From Methylococcaceae bacterium (lineage in GTDB: Bacteria > Pseudomonadota > Gammaproteobacteria > Methylococcales > Methylomonadaceae), in NCBI GenBank assembly GCA_006844705.1, contig SPJS01000197.1:17357-81356 (forward strand): DNA of 64,000 nucleotides, in the 5' to 3' direction. This document shows, in pieces, positions 8,627 through 18,321 of this stretch. A model generated the notes under the pieces. It ran no database searches. It was given only the letters and a program-made list of their open reading frames with translations, and was not told where the DNA came from. Position 1 is the stretch's first letter; every line of letters begins with the position of its first letter. The position numbers and the translations under genes were made by a program.

Positions 8627-9373
8627 ATGAGTTTTTTATTTACCGTAAGCCCGGATTTCACGCCTGACCACTTATCAGGCTGGTATATTTTCAATACCTG
8701 GCTGCAACAGCAGATTGATCAGCCCATTCATCTTGAAATGTACAATGATTTTGACAGTCAGCGTGAAGCTATTGTCAATGATGCGGTTGATTTGATCTAC
8801 GCCAATCCATCAGATGCAGCCATGCTGGTTAGAGAAAAAGGTTTTCAGGTGATTGCCAAAGTCAAGGATGCCGCAGACGAAGCTGTGATTGCCTGTAATG
8901 CAGAATCCAGCTTGAATGATGTCACCGATTTGAACCCCGGCGCCAACATCGCCTTCGCCCATCATCCCGATGTTAAGCTGATGGGCATGATCATGCTGGA
9001 ACCGGCTGATCTCGACAGCAGCACTATTACCGAAGTGGAATCTTCAAGCTATGTGGTGATCGCCAAGCATGTGTTACAAAACAACGCTGATGCAGGTGTT
9101 TTTCTTGCAGAAGCCTATGATGACTTGTCGGATATGATCAAAAGCCAATTGCGTGTTCTGGTGAGAAGCCAGATCGATGTGATTCACCATGCCTTGCTGG
9201 TCGGCCCTAAATTTCAACATCACAGCGAAGCGATTCTGAATGCACTGATCAATATGCCGCACATTGAAAAAGGGCAGGGCGTATTGGAGAGTCTTGGCTT
9301 TAGTGGCTGGGAAAAAGTCAGTGAAGAAGACATCGAATTTATGATTGATTTGATGGATACCTTGAATACATGA
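8627..9373 (+). CDS. PhnD/phosphonate-binding-fold protein lacking a signal peptide
   Basis: DLIYANP...ADAG...HALLVGP periplasmic-binding-protein type II pattern; start at MSFLF after GAGGGA. Confidence 0.75.
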   Translation: MSFLFTVSPDFTPDHLSGWYIFNTWLQQQIDQPIHLEMYNDFDSQREAIVNDAVDLIYANPSDAAMLVREKGFQVIAKVKDAADEAVIACNAESSLNDVTDLNPGANIAFAHHPDVKLMGMIMLEPADLDSSTITEVESSSYVVIAKHVLQNNADAGVFLAEAYDDLSDMIKSQLRVLVRSQIDVIHHALLVGPKFQHHSEAILNALINMPHIEKGQGVLESLGFSGWEKVSEEDIEFMIDLMDTLNT

Positions 9374-9392
9374 TGAGTTGCCGGGCGAAGGG

Positions 9393-10646
9393 CTATTCCC
9401 GCAAATGTCCTTCGCCATAAGCAACCCATTTGTACGTCGTCAACTCATCTGGCCCGACCGGGCCGCGGGCATGCAGTTTGTCGGTGCTGATGCCGACCAC
9501 GGAGCCTAATCCATAATCGCCACCCCCGGATAATCGCGTAGATGCGTTAATCAATACCGAAGCCGAATCGACGCGCTGCTCAAACAGACGGGCATTGTGC
9601 AGGCTTTGGGTGACGATACTGTCGGTATGACCAGAGCCGAAATGGTTGATGTGGGTGATGGCGGCCTCAATACCGTCAACTACTCTGACGGATAATATTG
9701 GCGCCAGATATTCGGAATGCCAGTCATCTTCACTGGCGGCTGTCAGATCAGGCAGGATTTGTCGAGTTTGATCACAGCCACGTAATTCAATGTTGTTTTG
9801 CCTGAATGCCGAGCTTAGAAGCGGCAGCGCATCGGCAGCACAGCGTTTGTCTACCAATAGGGTTTCCAGCGCGTTGCACACCTGTACGCTCTGGCATTTT
9901 GAATTAACAGCCAGCTTTACCCCTTGTTCCAGATCAGCATCCTCGGCAATGTATAAATGGCAGATGCCGTCATAATGTTTGATCACTGGTATGCGGGTGC
10001 CTTCGGCAATGCGTTGGATCAATGCTTTGCCACCGCGTGGAATCAGAACATCCACCGAGTCATGTTGGTGTAGTAATGCTCCGACAGATTCATGGCCGGG
10101 AATACGGATAATCTGAATCGCATGCTGCGGCAGTCCTGCCGCCATTGCACCTTCAATTATGGTATCGGTCAGCAGGGTGTTGGTTTTAATCGCCTCTGAA
10201 CCACCCCGCAAAATTACCGCGTTGCCACTTTTTATACAGACGCCAGCCGCGTCACTGGTAACATTGGGACGCGATTCATAAATGATACCGACGACACCCA
10301 GCGGAGCAGATTTTTTATATACCCGCAGACCATTGGCATTAGTATGGCCCTGCAGTACACGGTTCAGTGGATCGGGGCGTTGCGCCACTTTATGCAGACG
10401 TGACAGCATGTAATCAAAGACCTTGTCGTTAATAGTCAGGCGTTTGACCATGGCCGCAGACTGGCCCGCTGCACGCGCCTGTTCCACGTCCTGCGCATTA
10501 ATGTCCAGCACGAGCTGTCTGGACGCTTGCATCGCTTCCGCCATACTGGCTAACGCACGATTTCGCTGTTTTTCTGAGGATGAAGCCAGTACGCGAGAGG
10601 CAATACGGCTTTGTTGGGCAATGGTTTTGACTGAGGGTGCTGGCAT
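9393..10646 (-). CDS. proA: Gamma-glutamyl phosphate reductase
   Basis: PLGVVGIIYESRPNVT, KSGNAVILRGGSEA, CNALETLLV, GISTDKLHARGPVG. Confidence 0.93.
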   Translation of the reverse strand: MPAPSVKTIAQQSRIASRVLASSSEKQRNRALASMAEAMQASRQLVLDINAQDVEQARAAGQSAAMVKRLTINDKVFDYMLSRLHKVAQRPDPLNRVLQGHTNANGLRVYKKSAPLGVVGIIYESRPNVTSDAAGVCIKSGNAVILRGGSEAIKTNTLLTDTIIEGAMAAGLPQHAIQIIRIPGHESVGALLHQHDSVDVLIPRGGKALIQRIAEGTRIPVIKHYDGICHLYIAEDADLEQGVKLAVNSKCQSVQVCNALETLLVDKRCAADALPLLSSAFRQNNIELRGCDQTRQILPDLTAASEDDWHSEYLAPILSVRVVDGIEAAITHINHFGSGHTDSIVTQSLHNARLFEQRVDSASVLINASTRLSGGGDYGLGSVVGISTDKLHARGPVGPDELTTYKWVAYGEGHLRE

Positions 10647-10716
10647 ATGTATCGGAAGTTCTTTAGAGGGAAACTGTATTGAAATTGAACGTGTTTCCAC
10701 AAACAATTAGGTGCTT

Positions 10717-11730
10717 TTAATATTTAGCCGCCATCGCTGACAACGGCAACGCCTTGATTTTACTGGCGTGCCCGGCACTACCAAATGCTTCATAGCGTGC
10801 CTGACACAGTGATTGCATGGCATCACGTGCGGCAGAAGTGACTTTACGCGCATCAAATTCTGCGACGTTTTCCGGTTGCGCAATAAAACGGCGCATGGCA
10901 CCGGTAGAAGCCAAGCGTAAATCGGTATCAATATTGATTTTACGCACCCCGTATTTAATGCCTTCCACAATCTCTTCCACCGGTACGCCATAGGTTTCCG
11001 GAATATCGCCGCCGTGTTCATTAATCACCTTCAGCCATTGCTGTGGCACCGAGCTGGAACCGTGCATAACGAAATGGGTATTTGGCAGACGCTGCTGCAA
11101 CAGCTTCAAGCGGCTGATGACCAGCACTTCACCTGTGGGCGGCTTGCTGAATTTATAGGCGCCGTGGCTGGTGCCGATTGCCACCGCCAGCGCATCTACT
11201 CCGGTTTGTTTGACAAAATTGACAGCTTCATCAGGGTCAGTCAACAGCTTGCCGTGTGCGTCGCTGCCGACTGATATATCTTCCAAGGAGCCAAGACAAC
11301 CAATTTCGCCTTCCACCGAGACCCCGCAGGCATGCGCCATGGTTACCACGGTACGGGTGACATCCACATTGTATTCAAATGAGGCCGGCGTTTTCATGTC
11401 TTCCAGCAGCGAGCCGTCCATCATAACCGAACTGTAACCGGTTTGAATCGCCTGTGCACAAACCCGCGGTGCCGGGGAGTGATCCCTATGCATCACCAGT
11501 GGAATATGTGGCCATTGTTCCACCGCCGCGGCAATCAAATGGCGCAGAAAAATATCTCCGGCATAACGATGCGCTCCGGCCGAGCCCTGCATAATCACCG
11601 GGCTGTCACACGCATCCGCCGCCTGCATAATCGCCTGCATCTGCTCCATATTGCTGACATTAAACGCCGGCACCCCAAAACTGTACTCAGCAGCGAAATC
11701 AAGTAATTGACGTAACGAAATCAAAGCCAC
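10717..11730 (-). CDS. fba: Class II fructose-bisphosphate aldolase (CbbA-type, shortened loop)
   Basis: VPAFNV, Hx[39 protein letters not shown]. Confidence 0.9.
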   Translation of the reverse strand: MALISLRQLLDFAAEYSFGVPAFNVSNMEQMQAIMQAADACDSPVIMQGSAGAHRYAGDIFLRHLIAAAVEQWPHIPLVMHRDHSPAPRVCAQAIQTGYSSVMMDGSLLEDMKTPASFEYNVDVTRTVVTMAHACGVSVEGEIGCLGSLEDISVGSDAHGKLLTDPDEAVNFVKQTGVDALAVAIGTSHGAYKFSKPPTGEVLVISRLKLLQQRLPNTHFVMHGSSSVPQQWLKVINEHGGDIPETYGVPVEEIVEGIKYGVRKINIDTDLRLASTGAMRRFIAQPENVAEFDARKVTSAARDAMQSLCQARYEAFGSAGHASKIKALPLSAMAAKY

Positions 11731-11916
11731 AAACGGCGCTCCTCAAAGGATTTTTGCTGCCACCTTATCACCATCGGCTGTTAAATTGAATCTGTGACTG
11801 GTATTTTTATTTTAGGTGTAAGGCTTTAAGATAAAATTCTCTGCAGGCACTGAAAACAGGAGAATGTTGCATTACTATCGATATACATGTGTTCAAATTC
11901 TAGATTAGGAGGCTTC

Positions 11917-12323
11917 ATGACGTTTTTGCTACAAGTTTTTATTCGTTTTAAGTTCATCATTGATTGCATTTACCAGTAACGCCGAAACCGATGGTAAATC
12001 GCATTATGCAGACGCTTATGCAAAACACGTTAGACATGGAAAACAGCTTATGGCCAGAGGTTTTGAACAGCGAGGTTTAACTTCAGAACAAGCGGCTAAA
12101 CAAGCTGGTGTATTTGTTGAAAAAATAATTAATTGCCATCTTAAATATATTGATTCTTATCCAATAGAAGTCAAAGAGGTCATGTTTAATAAAATCGCAT
12201 CTGGAGGATCATATCCTGATGCAGAAAATGATGGTTGCTGAAGCTGAGCTCACTGGCAATAAGGAATGGGAGTCACAATTTATTGCTGCAACTGAACAGA
12301 GTGTAAATTGTATAAAACGGTAA
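11917..12323 (+). pseudogene. Frameshifted secreted hypothetical protein
   Basis: AGGAGG RBS plus ATG at 11917 is out of frame with the signal-peptide-like FLFVLSSSLIAFTSNA; a second frame change near 12228 continues to TAA 12323. Confidence 0.55.
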
Positions 12324-12367
12324 TTCACACATTGTGGGTTGTTACACTGATGAATTGAACATATCTC

Positions 12368-12541
12368 ATGAAGACGTCCTTGAGGTTGGTTGGAGCCATT
12401 GGATTTGGCTGTCTGGTTTACGTGGGCGTAATTTTTTGCTTCCTCTTGGATGTGGTTTTTAATAAAGCAAAAGTCACCACTGGGATATTGAATGGAATCC
12501 TGAATGTTGCTGGTTCCGCTTTGTCTGTGGGATCATGCTGA
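12368..12541 (+). CDS. Possible small hydrophobic protein or gene remnant (57 aa)
   Basis: Manual translation MKTSLRLVGAIGFGCLVYVGVIFCFLL...; no clear RBS. Confidence 0.3.
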   Translation: MKTSLRLVGAIGFGCLVYVGVIFCFLLDVVFNKAKVTTGILNGILNVAGSALSVGSC

Positions 12542-12599
12542 TTGCATTTGGTTGGAAGGATCAGCAAGAGGTAATAATTTGAGCAAAAGTACTACAAAG

Positions 12600-12655
12600 G
12601 TTTCACCTATTCTTCATAAAAACGTCACGGGATTGTCACTTTGTCAACGTATGTT
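12600..12655 (+). promoter_or_regulatory. Pho box array (four 11-bp-period units) with -10 element
   Basis: TTCAC 12602, TTCAT 12613, GTCAC 12624, GTCAC 12635; TATGTT exactly 10 nt after the last unit. Confidence 0.7.
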
Positions 12656-12691
12656 TTGACCTCCTTTAAAAAACAACAAGGTGGAAGGGAT

Positions 12692-13750
12692 ATGAAAACG
12701 ACAACGTTGATAACGACGCTTTTGCTCGCATTAGCCGCAAATGTGGCTTGTGCAGGACCCAAGGCGAGCCATTATTATCATAAGAAAAACAAAGCATTCA
12801 GTTTTGCGCTGATTGGTGATGTGCCTTATGGCGTACCTGCGGGTTCAGAATATTTGCCGTATGACAATATGGTGGAAGAGATTAATGCCGATAAAGACAT
12901 TCGCTGGGTTTTGCATGCAGGTGATATCAAAAGTGGATCTAGCGAATGCAGTGATGAGCTGTTTTACGACAGAAAGAAACGCTTTAACCAATTTAAACGT
13001 CCGCTGATTTTAACCCTGGGTGATAACGAGTGGACGGATTGCCATCGCGTTAGAGCCGGCGAATATCAACCTTTGGAGCGTCTGGCCAAATTGCGTGAGA
13101 TTTTCTATAGCAAGCCGGGTAAAACGCTGGGCAAAAGAAAAAAATGGGTGCGCACTCAAGCCTGGCTTGACGGCTTTGAAGAATTCCCGGAAAACGTGAT
13201 GTGGAGTAAAAGCAATGTCGTATTTTCTGCTATTCACATCGTAGGCAGTGACAACGGATTGAAAGCGTTTGATGCAAACGGCAGTGCCGTCAGAACTGTG
13301 GCAGACGATGAAGAAGTTGCGCGCCGTACTGAAGCCGCTATCTACTGGTTGCATAAGGCATTTGATCAAGCTGAAAGAAGAAATGCAGCGGGTGTTTTTA
13401 TCATGATCCATGCGAACCCGGATCTGGAAAAATTGTATCTGGAATCAGCAGAAAGAGATGAAAATGGGCGTTTGTTGAGAACGGGATTTAGAGAATTCCT
13501 GATTGAATTCGCAACACGCAGCAAAGAATTCGGCAAGCCGGTAATCATGGCGCATGGCGATTCTCATTACTTCCGTTTAGACAAACCCAAGTTGCCTGTT
13601 AACCTGACTGATGCGGATGCATTCTTGCCAAACTTCACGCGAGTGGAAACCTTTGGCTCCAGCAATGTTCACTGGATCAAAGTACTGGTTGATCCTAAAT
13701 CTGATGAAGTTTTTCAGTTTAGCCAGCAATTGGTTGAAGGTAATATGTAA
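12692..13750 (+). CDS. Secreted calcineurin-like metallophosphoesterase
   Basis: Signal peptide; IGDVPY, HAGDIK, GDNEWTDCHR, AHGDSH metal motifs. Confidence 0.85.
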   Translation: MKTTTLITTLLLALAANVACAGPKASHYYHKKNKAFSFALIGDVPYGVPAGSEYLPYDNMVEEINADKDIRWVLHAGDIKSGSSECSDELFYDRKKRFNQFKRPLILTLGDNEWTDCHRVRAGEYQPLERLAKLREIFYSKPGKTLGKRKKWVRTQAWLDGFEEFPENVMWSKSNVVFSAIHIVGSDNGLKAFDANGSAVRTVADDEEVARRTEAAIYWLHKAFDQAERRNAAGVFIMIHANPDLEKLYLESAERDENGRLLRTGFREFLIEFATRSKEFGKPVIMAHGDSHYFRLDKPKLPVNLTDADAFLPNFTRVETFGSSNVHWIKVLVDPKSDEVFQFSQQLVEGNM

Positions 13751-13761
13751 GTTTGTATGAT

Positions 13762-13800
13762 ATAAAAATCGCTCTATCTGTTTGGTGGAGCGGTTTTTAT
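13762..13800 (+). terminator. Rho-independent terminator
   Basis: ATAAAAATCGCTCTATC / GGTGGAGCGGTTTTTAT hairpin after the stop codon. Confidence 0.7.
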
Positions 13801-13944
13801 CTACACTCCTTTGGTTAAGGCTGGCTTTGTTGTCCCGTCCTGACTGTATGTTGTTGCCATAATCAGATATGGCAGAATGCTTCAAATTGAATATTGCTAA
13901 TGCAGCTATTCCTCATCACGAATGAGTTTAGGGCGCTACACTAA

Positions 13945-14107
13945 GAGACTGTCGGATTATGGATGATTCTACTGCGGCGATGGGACATCGGCTGAATTTT
14001 CCGGTCTTTTTCATTACGTAGCCCCACACTATGCGCCTCAAAAGATCAAAAAAAATCCGCTCGATGTCCCACTCGCCTCGCGACGAACCCCATAACCCGA
14101 CAGCCTC
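13945..14107. mobile_element. MITE family, full-length copy (163 bp)
   Basis: 18-bp TIRs, internal inverted repeats (GGGACATCG/CGATGTCCC); flanks CTAA / CTAG. Confidence 0.88.
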
Positions 14108-14279
14108 CTAGAGGACATAGTTCTAGAAATGACTATGAGGTATGTACTCCTTACGTCATATTTTATGAACGAGATGTTAGAAAAAATCCTGCGTTGACAA
14201 TCCGTTGTCAGCGAGCATAAAAAAACCAGCGTGGAAGCTGGCTTTACTTGAGAAAACCTAATGTTTTCAATAATTTGTA

Positions 14280-14355
14280 TGGTGGGTCGTGAGCGATTCG
14301 AACGCTCGACCATCGCATTAAAAGTGCGGTGCTCTACCGGCTGAGCTAACGACCC
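14280..14355 (-). tRNA. tRNA-Lys(UUU)
   Basis: Reverse complement GGGTCGTTAGCTCAG...CTTTTAA...TTCGAAT...ACGACCCACCA; cloverleaf with encoded CCA. Confidence 0.96.
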
Positions 14356-14422
14356 GACAAAGATTGACAATTATAACGAGAAATTTTTGTTTGGCAACTG
14401 TTTTTGTCACCATTTTGTAAAA

Positions 14423-15151
14423 CTATACTGCAATACCTACCTGAAGCGCTTCGAACCAGTCGAGGAATTTCTTTACGTCATCGCCTTTGAAGATGCGACC
14501 ATGTTGAGGCGCCATGATGTCTATGTCCAGCTCTCTCACCCGCTCTATCCAGACACGTTTGGCCTGGTTGGACGGCATCCAGCGCTGGTGGAAGAAGCGC
14601 ATTTTTTCTACGTGCGCATCAAAGTCGTCTACAAACATGGGGGTGCCGGATTCTTCAAGGGCTGCGCCAATATCCCCAGACATCAGAATTTTTGCTTCCG
14701 GGTCATACACGTTGAAGTTTGCCGAGGAATGCAGGTAATGTGCAGGGATGAGTTTTAATTCTACGCTATCAAGTTGAATGACGCCGCCATTATCTGGAAT
14801 GCCAACATATTCGATGGTTTCACAACCAAAATGGCGTAAAAAACCTTCCCATAATTCAGGTGCGTGAAGTTTGGCGTGGGGTAATGCCTGGTCCCATAAG
14901 CCTAACGAGGAGATGATGTCCGGGTCTTGGTGGGAAGCAAATAAATCGGTAATTTCTTCTACAGGGGCATGGTGCAGTACAGCAGCAAGCATCGGAGCAA
15001 ACAACTCAACACCACCGGGATCAAGTAGCAAGCATCGTTTGCCTGTTCTGACGACATATTGGTTGGTATCAATGATTTTCTCTGGTTTGTTTGGGTCACG
15101 GGCGAACATAATCCACTGATATGCCCCCTCGTAAATTTTAGTCATTTGCAT
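14423..15151 (-). CDS. Oxygen-binding di-iron protein (ODP)-like MBL-fold protein
   Basis: LLDPGG, SHQDPD, AHYLHS, SGDIG, APQHG; no flavodoxin domain; next to an MCP-like gene. Confidence 0.82.
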   Translation of the reverse strand: MQMTKIYEGAYQWIMFARDPNKPEKIIDTNQYVVRTGKRCLLLDPGGVELFAPMLAAVLHHAPVEEITDLFASHQDPDIISSLGLWDQALPHAKLHAPELWEGFLRHFGCETIEYVGIPDNGGVIQLDSVELKLIPAHYLHSSANFNVYDPEAKILMSGDIGAALEESGTPMFVDDFDAHVEKMRFFHQRWMPSNQAKRVWIERVRELDIDIMAPQHGRIFKGDDVKKFLDWFEALQVGIAV

Positions 15152-15184
15152 GGCGGATAACCTCGGTAGTTGTTATAGCTATAG

Positions 15185-15805
15185 TTAGGCGGCTTCGCTT
15201 AAATTGATAACGTTAAGTGCACTTCTGCATTTTTGTACTTTTTCATGAATGATTTGGGCCGCATGATCAACACTTTCTGCGACGGCTTGCAGACTTTGCA
15301 GATATTCACCTGCTTGTGAAGCTTCAATGCGCGAGTTTGCTGCGATAACTCTGGCTGCTCTGGCAGGGTGCATGACCTCTCCGAGTTGATCGAGGAGTAG
15401 AGAGACATGCTGGTTGAAGTGTTTGCGGCATTCCAAATTTTGTTCTGAAGCATGCTGTAATGAGGGATGAAGTGTTTCACTATAGCGAGCTTCCACGGCC
15501 AGAGTGTTGACTTCCTGCAGTTTGTTGTAGGCGCTGGCGGTGCGATACTCATTTACAGTTAATTGGTAGAGTAACAACGCATGCTCGTTAATGTCATTGA
15601 CCAGCTCAATGGTTTCTTTGGCCAATTCATTAATAAAATCTGTAATGGGCTGAAAGCCTTTTGCTTTCTCTCCTGCCCTGAATGCGATAGCTTTTGCGTT
15701 TGCAGCGGCCAGGGAAATCTCTTTTGCAACATCCATTACTGCGCTTAATTCTGCCGCAATGGAGGCTACGGCAACAAATTGAGACTTGGTTTGTGAGTTA
15801 TTCAT
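15185..15805 (-). CDS. Soluble mini chemoreceptor-like protein
   Basis: Two MCP hairpin-tip-like motifs (NAKAIAFRAGEKAKGF; NSRIEASQAGE); no TM segment. Confidence 0.75.
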   Translation of the reverse strand: MNNSQTKSQFVAVASIAAELSAVMDVAKEISLAAANAKAIAFRAGEKAKGFQPITDFINELAKETIELVNDINEHALLLYQLTVNEYRTASAYNKLQEVNTLAVEARYSETLHPSLQHASEQNLECRKHFNQHVSLLLDQLGEVMHPARAARVIAANSRIEASQAGEYLQSLQAVAESVDHAAQIIHEKVQKCRSALNVINLSEAA

Positions 15806-15988
15806 GCGGTTTGTCTAAGCAGTCTGGGTTTTTGTAACTAGCTTAGACCTAGAAAGGTATTTTGCCTACCTGAATGCAAGAATAATAAGGATAGGAGGGT
15901 AAAGAATTAAAAAGAGTGAAAGGAGCGTTATCGCCACCCATTGTGAGTAGCGGCGATAAGGCTGGTGATCAAGAAAAGCGTATTCTGA

Positions 15989-16387
15989 TCAGTTGAATGC
16001 GTGGTATTTGCTTTTTACTTCAGCAAAGATTTCAGAGGCTTCAGTCAAAAGTTTCTCAGCTTTGTCGTTGTCCCCTTTTTTAAGTGCTGAACGGGCTTTA
16101 GTGACGCGTTCTGTTGCTTTAGAACGCAAGCGCCATACGACATTGCTTTCAATGCGTTTTGCAGCTTGTTTTACCTTTTTCAAAATGGGCAAAATGCTTT
16201 TTTTGTCTTCTCCACTTTGTACCGCAGATAATGCTTCAGCAGTCAGGTCGACGCAAGCATCAATTGCGGCAGCCACTTCTTCCGCTGTTGCGTTCTCAAT
16301 TTTTCCCGCAGCAATGGCTGTGGGTGCAACTGAAACCATTGCAAAGGCTAAAGCAAATGCCATAACAAATTTTTTTATGAATTCCAT
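15989..16387 (-). CDS. Secreted small helical-bundle protein, hypothetical
   Basis: GAGG RBS, start MEFIKK, signal peptide ending AIA, amphipathic helices. Confidence 0.75.
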   Translation of the reverse strand: MEFIKKFVMAFALAFAMVSVAPTAIAAGKIENATAEEVAAAIDACVDLTAEALSAVQSGEDKKSILPILKKVKQAAKRIESNVVWRLRSKATERVTKARSALKKGDNDKAEKLLTEASEIFAEVKSKYHAFN

Positions 16388-16615
16388 GGGTAAAAATCCT
16401 CGTTGTGTTGTAATGTGTTCAGGCTCATTCCGAGCCGCTGGCAATGGTAACATAAAACACAAAAAGTTCTTTATTTTTAATAAGTTACAACCTTGTGTGT
16501 TGTGTGGTAATTAAGTGTTTTTTGCTTGTCGCTTAAAGGCTCAAATTCTATAAACACAGCGTTCAACCCAAAATGGGTTTAAAATAACCAGATTTTATTT
16601 AATTCAAGTACGGCT

Positions 16616-17545
16616 TTGAAAAACACGATACGCATAGCCACCCGGAAGAGTCCACTTGCCTTATGGCAGGCGGAGCATGTGGCGAAATTGATTGAGCAAA
16701 ACTTTCCAGAGACGACAACTGAACTGGTGACCATGGTGACCCGGGGAGATAAGATTCTGGATGCGCCTTTGGCAAAAGTAGGTGGGAAAGGGTTATTCGT
16801 TAAAGAACTTGAGCAAGGTATGTTGCAGGGAGATGCCGATCTTGCGGTGCATTCGATGAAAGATGTGCCGGTAGAATTTCCTGAAGGCTTGCATCTTTCA
16901 GTGATTCTGGAAAGGGAAGACCCCACAGATGCGTTTGTTTCTAATAAATATGCTTCGTTGGATGAGTTGCCGCAAAATGCCAGAATCGGGACATGCAGTT
17001 TGCGTCGCCAATGCCAGATTAAAGCACGCTTTCCTGATGCTGAAATTTTGGATTTGCGGGGCAATGTAAATACCCGACTGGCGAAGCTGGATAATGGTGA
17101 TTTTGATGCCATTATCCTTGCATCAGCCGGGTTAAAGCGCTTGGGCATGGCTGACAGGATTGCCGCATCTTTGACACCGGAAGAAAGTTTACCGGCGATT
17201 GGCCAGGGAGCAATAGGCATTGAATGCCGGTCTGAGGATGCTGAGGTCAATGAAATTTTGCAGACGTTAAAAGATGAGCCGACAACGATAAGAGTTACGG
17301 CAGAGCGAGCCATGAATGAACGCTTGAATGGGGGATGCCAGGTGCCGATTGCCGGTTATGCTGAAATTGTGAATAACCAGTTATTTATGCGTGGTCTGGT
17401 TGGAAGCCCTGATGGCCGTCAAGTGTTTCGTGCAGAAAAGCGAGGTGATTTGTCGGAAGCAGGTCGATTAGGAATTGATGTTGCCGACGCTTTATTATCG
17501 CAGGGGGCCGACAAGGTATTGACCGAGCTGTACAATCACGAATGA
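16616..17545 (+). CDS. hemC: Hydroxymethylbilane synthase
   Basis: [46 protein letters not shown]. Confidence 0.97.
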   Translation: MKNTIRIATRKSPLALWQAEHVAKLIEQNFPETTTELVTMVTRGDKILDAPLAKVGGKGLFVKELEQGMLQGDADLAVHSMKDVPVEFPEGLHLSVILEREDPTDAFVSNKYASLDELPQNARIGTCSLRRQCQIKARFPDAEILDLRGNVNTRLAKLDNGDFDAIILASAGLKRLGMADRIAASLTPEESLPAIGQGAIGIECRSEDAEVNEILQTLKDEPTTIRVTAERAMNERLNGGCQVPIAGYAEIVNNQLFMRGLVGSPDGRQVFRAEKRGDLSEAGRLGIDVADALLSQGADKVLTELYNHE

Positions 17546-18321
17546 CTGGTTTGCGCGGAATGACTATTGTCGTGACACGTCCGGTCAACCAGGCGGGCAA
17601 TCTATGTGAAAAGATTGAACAGTTAGGAGGAAAAACGATCAGGTTACCACTTTTGCAGATTGAACGGTCGGAAGAATCTGGCCAGCTGGAAACCCGATTA
17701 GCCGGAAACCCTGACATCAAATGGTTGATATTTATCAGTACAAATGCAGTAAATTTTGCGCTTGCCGGGAACAATGGCAAAATACCCAATATTGAAAAAG
17801 TCAGAGTGGCGGCTGTGGGTAAGGCAACAGCGAGCGCTTTAGAAGAAAAAGGCATTCAGGTCGATGTATTGCCTGAACAGGCTTATAACTCTGAAGCGTT
17901 ACTTGCTGCTCCTGAATTCAGCCAGTTTTCAGGGCAACAGATCATCATTGTGCGTGGTGAAGGCGGGCGTGAATTATTGGCTGATAGGCTGCGTGACAGA
18001 GGTGCAGATGTGACTTATTTAGAAGTCTATAAAAGGACGATGCCTGATGTTGATCGGCAATTATTGTCGCCGGGTTTGCAACAACGGTCGATTTCTGCGG
18101 TTATTTTGACCAGTGTGCAGGCATTACAGAATTTCAGGACGATATGGGGAGAGGACATGCAAGCATTTGTTCAGATACCTTTTGTCGTCATCAGCCAGCG
18201 TATTGCAGAGCAGGCGCAAGGTTTTGGATTTAAAAATTTGGTCGTAAGTGCAGGCCCTCAGGATGATGATATCCTGACTGCATTAACCGGCTTACAACGG
18301 GGAGAACAGTGGCAGAGGTAA
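17542..18321 (+). CDS. hemD: Uroporphyrinogen-III synthase
   Basis: [31 protein letters not shown]; follows hemC. Confidence 0.93.
   Translation: MTGLRGMTIVVTRPVNQAGNLCEKIEQLGGKTIRLPLLQIERSEESGQLETRLAGNPDIKWLIFISTNAVNFALAGNNGKIPNIEKVRVAAVGKATASALEEKGIQVDVLPEQAYNSEALLAAPEFSQFSGQQIIIVRGEGGRELLADRLRDRGADVTYLEVYKRTMPDVDRQLLSPGLQQRSISAVILTSVQALQNFRTIWGEDMQAFVQIPFVVISQRIAEQAQGFGFKNLVVSAGPQDDDILTALTGLQRGEQWQR

Noticed and set aside
14280-14355. C-A mismatch at the top of the tRNA-Lys anticodon stem as a pseudo-tRNA sign
   Set aside because: The rest of the cloverleaf and CCA are intact, and mismatches at that position are tolerated
14038-14370. 110-aa ORF on the minus strand
   Set aside because: It overlaps tRNA-Lys and a MITE copy, so it is a translation artefact
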